The notes beneath the pieces were generated by a model. That model searched no databases. It was given only the letters and a program-made list of their open reading frames with translations, and was not told the DNA's origin. A stretch of DNA of 64,000 nt from contig QPGO01000034.1 of NCBI GenBank assembly GCA_008632985.1, forward strand, positions 263,311-327,310, written 5' to 3'. Origin of the DNA: Psammoneis japonica. Its lineage: Eukaryota. A program made the position numbers and the translations under genes. The first letter of the stretch is position 1, and every line of letters starts with the position of its first letter. Of this stretch, positions 61,490 through 64,000 are shown piece after piece.

Positions 61490-62826
61490 TCATACCACAA
61501 AGACAACGATGAGTATTATAAGAGCAGAAGTAGAAGCAACCGTGAGAACCGCAAAAGCAATCTCGACCTTTCTGAATTTTGTCCATGCGTTTCGCCTCTG
61601 CGGTTCAAGACCTGGATGGCGCCTGTCATCTGCCTCACTCTCCGATGCCTCGTGAATCGATGCCAAAGAACCAGCGCGAAAACCACGAGACACAAAAGTC
61701 CCATCCCGTAGGGTTGAAATATCATCAGCATCGTGGTACACAGGGATCGTCTGAGGCAGAACTCCCCGAGAGAAAATTGGCTCAATTGTTTTCTTGGACA
61801 TGGGCTTGCCGACAGTTGACAAATCACTTGCGGCTGCAGCAATTTCTTCGGAAGTCATTCTATTCAAATTTTCTTGTGTCATTGGTGCCACTTTGTCAGT
61901 GGCGTCCACAATAATTCCCTCACGAGTGCATTGAAAAATGGCGCAAAAATCAATATTTGACTCGGGATCAAATTCTATTCGATTTTCGGACGAGTCTAGA
62001 CTGACAGAGTCGCTCTCGTCAAATGATTGTTTCCTGTCGATTCTACTTTTCATATTCCGCAACTTCTCTGCTTGTCTCAGCAACTTGACCATGAAGGGTT
62101 CATCCCCACTTTCTGAGTCTGTGTCGAGATCATAGTGTGGTCGTTGTCTTGATGTGACTAGTTTTGTCGCTCGTTTCTGTGTTTTATCAGAAGATACTTC
62201 GGAATGCTGTCAAAGACTGAAGTAGTGTCAGCTTCATCCCGAGTCACAGCCGATTCTGGTGGCTCAGCTTTTGTGGTGGAAAGGCGTTGGTGGCATGACT
62301 TTTCTTTGGGTGTGATGCGGGTGAATTCTCAAAAGCAGAGCTGGCGTAGTCCTTGTACTTGTTGACATCAGCGAATGAGCTCTCCGTCGAACTTTCTATG
62401 TTAGTTAAGCTTGGCATGTCCTTGTCTCCGTCTTCAATGAGTTGTTGCACTTGTTGGACAACAGAAAGTGACATGTCGCCCGTCGTGCCAACGCGAGTGA
62501 CCGTGACAAGTACGAGAGAGCTGCGACTCTTACAATATCAACAAATTGGTATTGATTTGAATAACGTATGACATGAAGCGGTGCGTAGCCGAGAGATTAG
62601 TAATTGGTCGTTATCACTTGACACTCGGAACAGCAACATTCTTCGGTGCTTGGCGTTTTTTGTTGTTGTTGAAGAAAGCATGGCGGGAAAGCATGACTTG
62701 CAGTCCTGCGACATTCACGACACTTTTCGAAAGAGCGGTAGTCGTAGAATTAGTACTAGAGCCCACGCACGATGGCGGCAAGTTCATTGCATTTTTGTCG
62801 ATGTCCTCGTTTCCATATATTTTCAA
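61490..62826 (-). CDS. Hypothetical low-complexity protein with a C-terminal transmembrane segment; exon structure uncertain
   Basis: Consecutive minus-strand ORFs (62614-62826, 62244-62474, 61490-62092) linked by a likely intron and frameshifts; ends IAFAVLTVASTSALIILIVVFVV. Confidence 0.5.
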
Positions 62827-63013
62827 ATATATGTAATAAATAAATTGATAATAGTATATTTAAATAAATTATGTATATTTTAATATAACACTCAACGGGC
62901 AATATTGATCGTTGAAACTGATATTCATTATTCAGTGATTTAATTATTTCAAATTTTCTAATTGCTATTTTTAAATAGTAAAGCAGGCCAACTAAAATGA
63001 CGTTTGATTTGAT

Positions 63014-63027
63014 TTTCGCGCGGGAAA
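63014..63027. promoter_or_regulatory. Overlapping pair of E2F-like sites (TTTCGCGC on +, TTTCCCGC on -)
   Basis: TTTCGCGCGGGAAA about 165 bp upstream of the PHD-PWWP start; matches the TTTSSCGC consensus in both orientations. Function not demonstrated. Confidence 0.4.
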
Positions 63028-63190
63028 GCAACACCAGCGGGTATTCGTGTCGACGCTTTGATACGTGTACGTGAGACGAGAGACGAAGCATCCCGGATCC
63101 CGGTAGCAAAACAATCGAACAACAGCATTGCAACAATTGTGTTGAAAGAAGGACGGGACCTGTGCTAAACTACCGTCGCGTCGTGAAACA

Positions 63191-64000
63191 ATGGCCGGGC
63201 GCTTCGGGCGGAAAGGGATCATCACTAGCTGGAGCGAGAAGGGCTCTAAGAAGAAAAGGGCCGCCCCCAAAGTCGCGGCAGCGCGGAAGATGACGACGAC
63301 GAAGAAGTAGGGGGTTGCCTTGCTTGTCATATCGACGATGATCATCCCAACGTGATTTTATGCGATAAGTGCAACGGTGAATATCATATCTACTGTCTAA
63401 ATCCTCCCCTCACCTCTATTCCATCTGGGGATTGGTTCTGCGGTGAGTTGCGGATATCTTTTTCTGCTGATTTGGCTGAATTTCAATGTACATACCTCAC
63501 ATAAAAATGACACATTATGATTCCTCTGAAACCGGTTTTCATTTCAGAGAAATGCACCGTAACTCCTGACGATAATGACGGCGACGGATTAGACCGTCTG
63601 GTGGATGCCTTGCCACCTGAATTCACATCCCGGTTTGGAGAAATTGTGTGGGCCGCCGGAGGAGTAGGCTTTGGTTGGTGGCCGGCGGCTATATATGACC
63701 CGAGATTGACTGTAGGAAGTGCTCGAGAGTTGGCAAAGAAAAATCTAGGGAAGAAGCACCTGGTGTACTTCTTCGAATGTCACGAAGCTCCCTTTTCAGT
63801 CATGCTTAACTCGAGGCTGACAAAGTGGAATGAGGGTATTGCTGAAGACTACCATCTAGGGAAAACCGCAAGGGCAGCCGGAAAGAACCGATCTCAGAAG
63901 TTTGCGCACGCCCTTCAGTCTGCGATTGTAGAGAATGGCAAGCCAGTCGAGATGCGACTCGACTGGAATCATCAGGAATTGCCGCAGTCAATACCGTCTC
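63191..64000 (+). CDS. PHD finger plus PWWP chromatin reader, 3' end off window; intron ~63443-63548; apparent frameshift ~63268
   Basis: CLACHIDDDHPNVILCDKCNGEYHIYCLNPPLTSIPSGDWFC, then FGEIVWAAGGVGFGWWPAAIYDP. Confidence 0.85.

Noticed and set aside
62810..62995. AT-rich island as a diatom centromere
   Set aside because: Under 200 bp and located in a divergent promoter; similar short tracts occur in other promoters here.
3420..63270. Frameshifts in otherwise intact genes (~3430, ~3780, ~36480, ~37040, ~57890, ~62200-62270, ~63268) as programmed frameshifting or pseudogenes
   Set aside because: They look like single-base losses, several in short homopolymers, with conserved motifs intact on both sides and no shared slippery motif; assembly error is more likely. 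Needs read-level confirmation.

Overview
Eukaryotic genomic DNA, most likely a diatom (inferred from short GT-AG introns, compact gene spacing, a CoDi-like Copia element and bipartite plastid-type presequences). About 20 protein-coding genes: VPS51, TRM2/TRMT2A-like, OPA3-like, an F-box/cyclin, two HMG-box proteins, crooked-neck/CLF1, SDHAF1-like, a DAO-family oxidoreductase, a MerT-like/HMA protein, a FAM173-like methyltransferase, condensin II CAP-D3, CbiX/SirB, a CHORD protein, a cysteine-desulfurase-like/TtcA fusion, a PHD-PWWP protein and several hypotheticals. Three decayed repeat blocks interrupt them: a Helitron (~5.4-9.4 kb), a ~10.8 kb block containing a Plavaka-like transposase and tandem duplications (~21.85-32.7 kb), and a Copia LTR retrotransposon (~39.7-44.2 kb). 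The most striking signal is that the repeat blocks have lost nearly all TpA dinucleotides by TA->TG/CA change, in addition to (and apparently ahead of) the familiar CpG->TpG/CpA decay. Conserved tyrosines read as Cys or His (RT YxDD reads CVDD), and duplicate copies inside the window show the substitutions directly. This suggests a repeat-targeted A:T->G:C hypermutation process running opposite to fungal RIP. A second pattern is a TAG/CTA-rich tract (exact 13-mer CTAGAGTAGAGAG at four loci) in every head-to-tail intergenic spacer. Several single-base frameshifts in otherwise intact genes look like assembly errors. All dinucleotide counts are hand counts on small windows.
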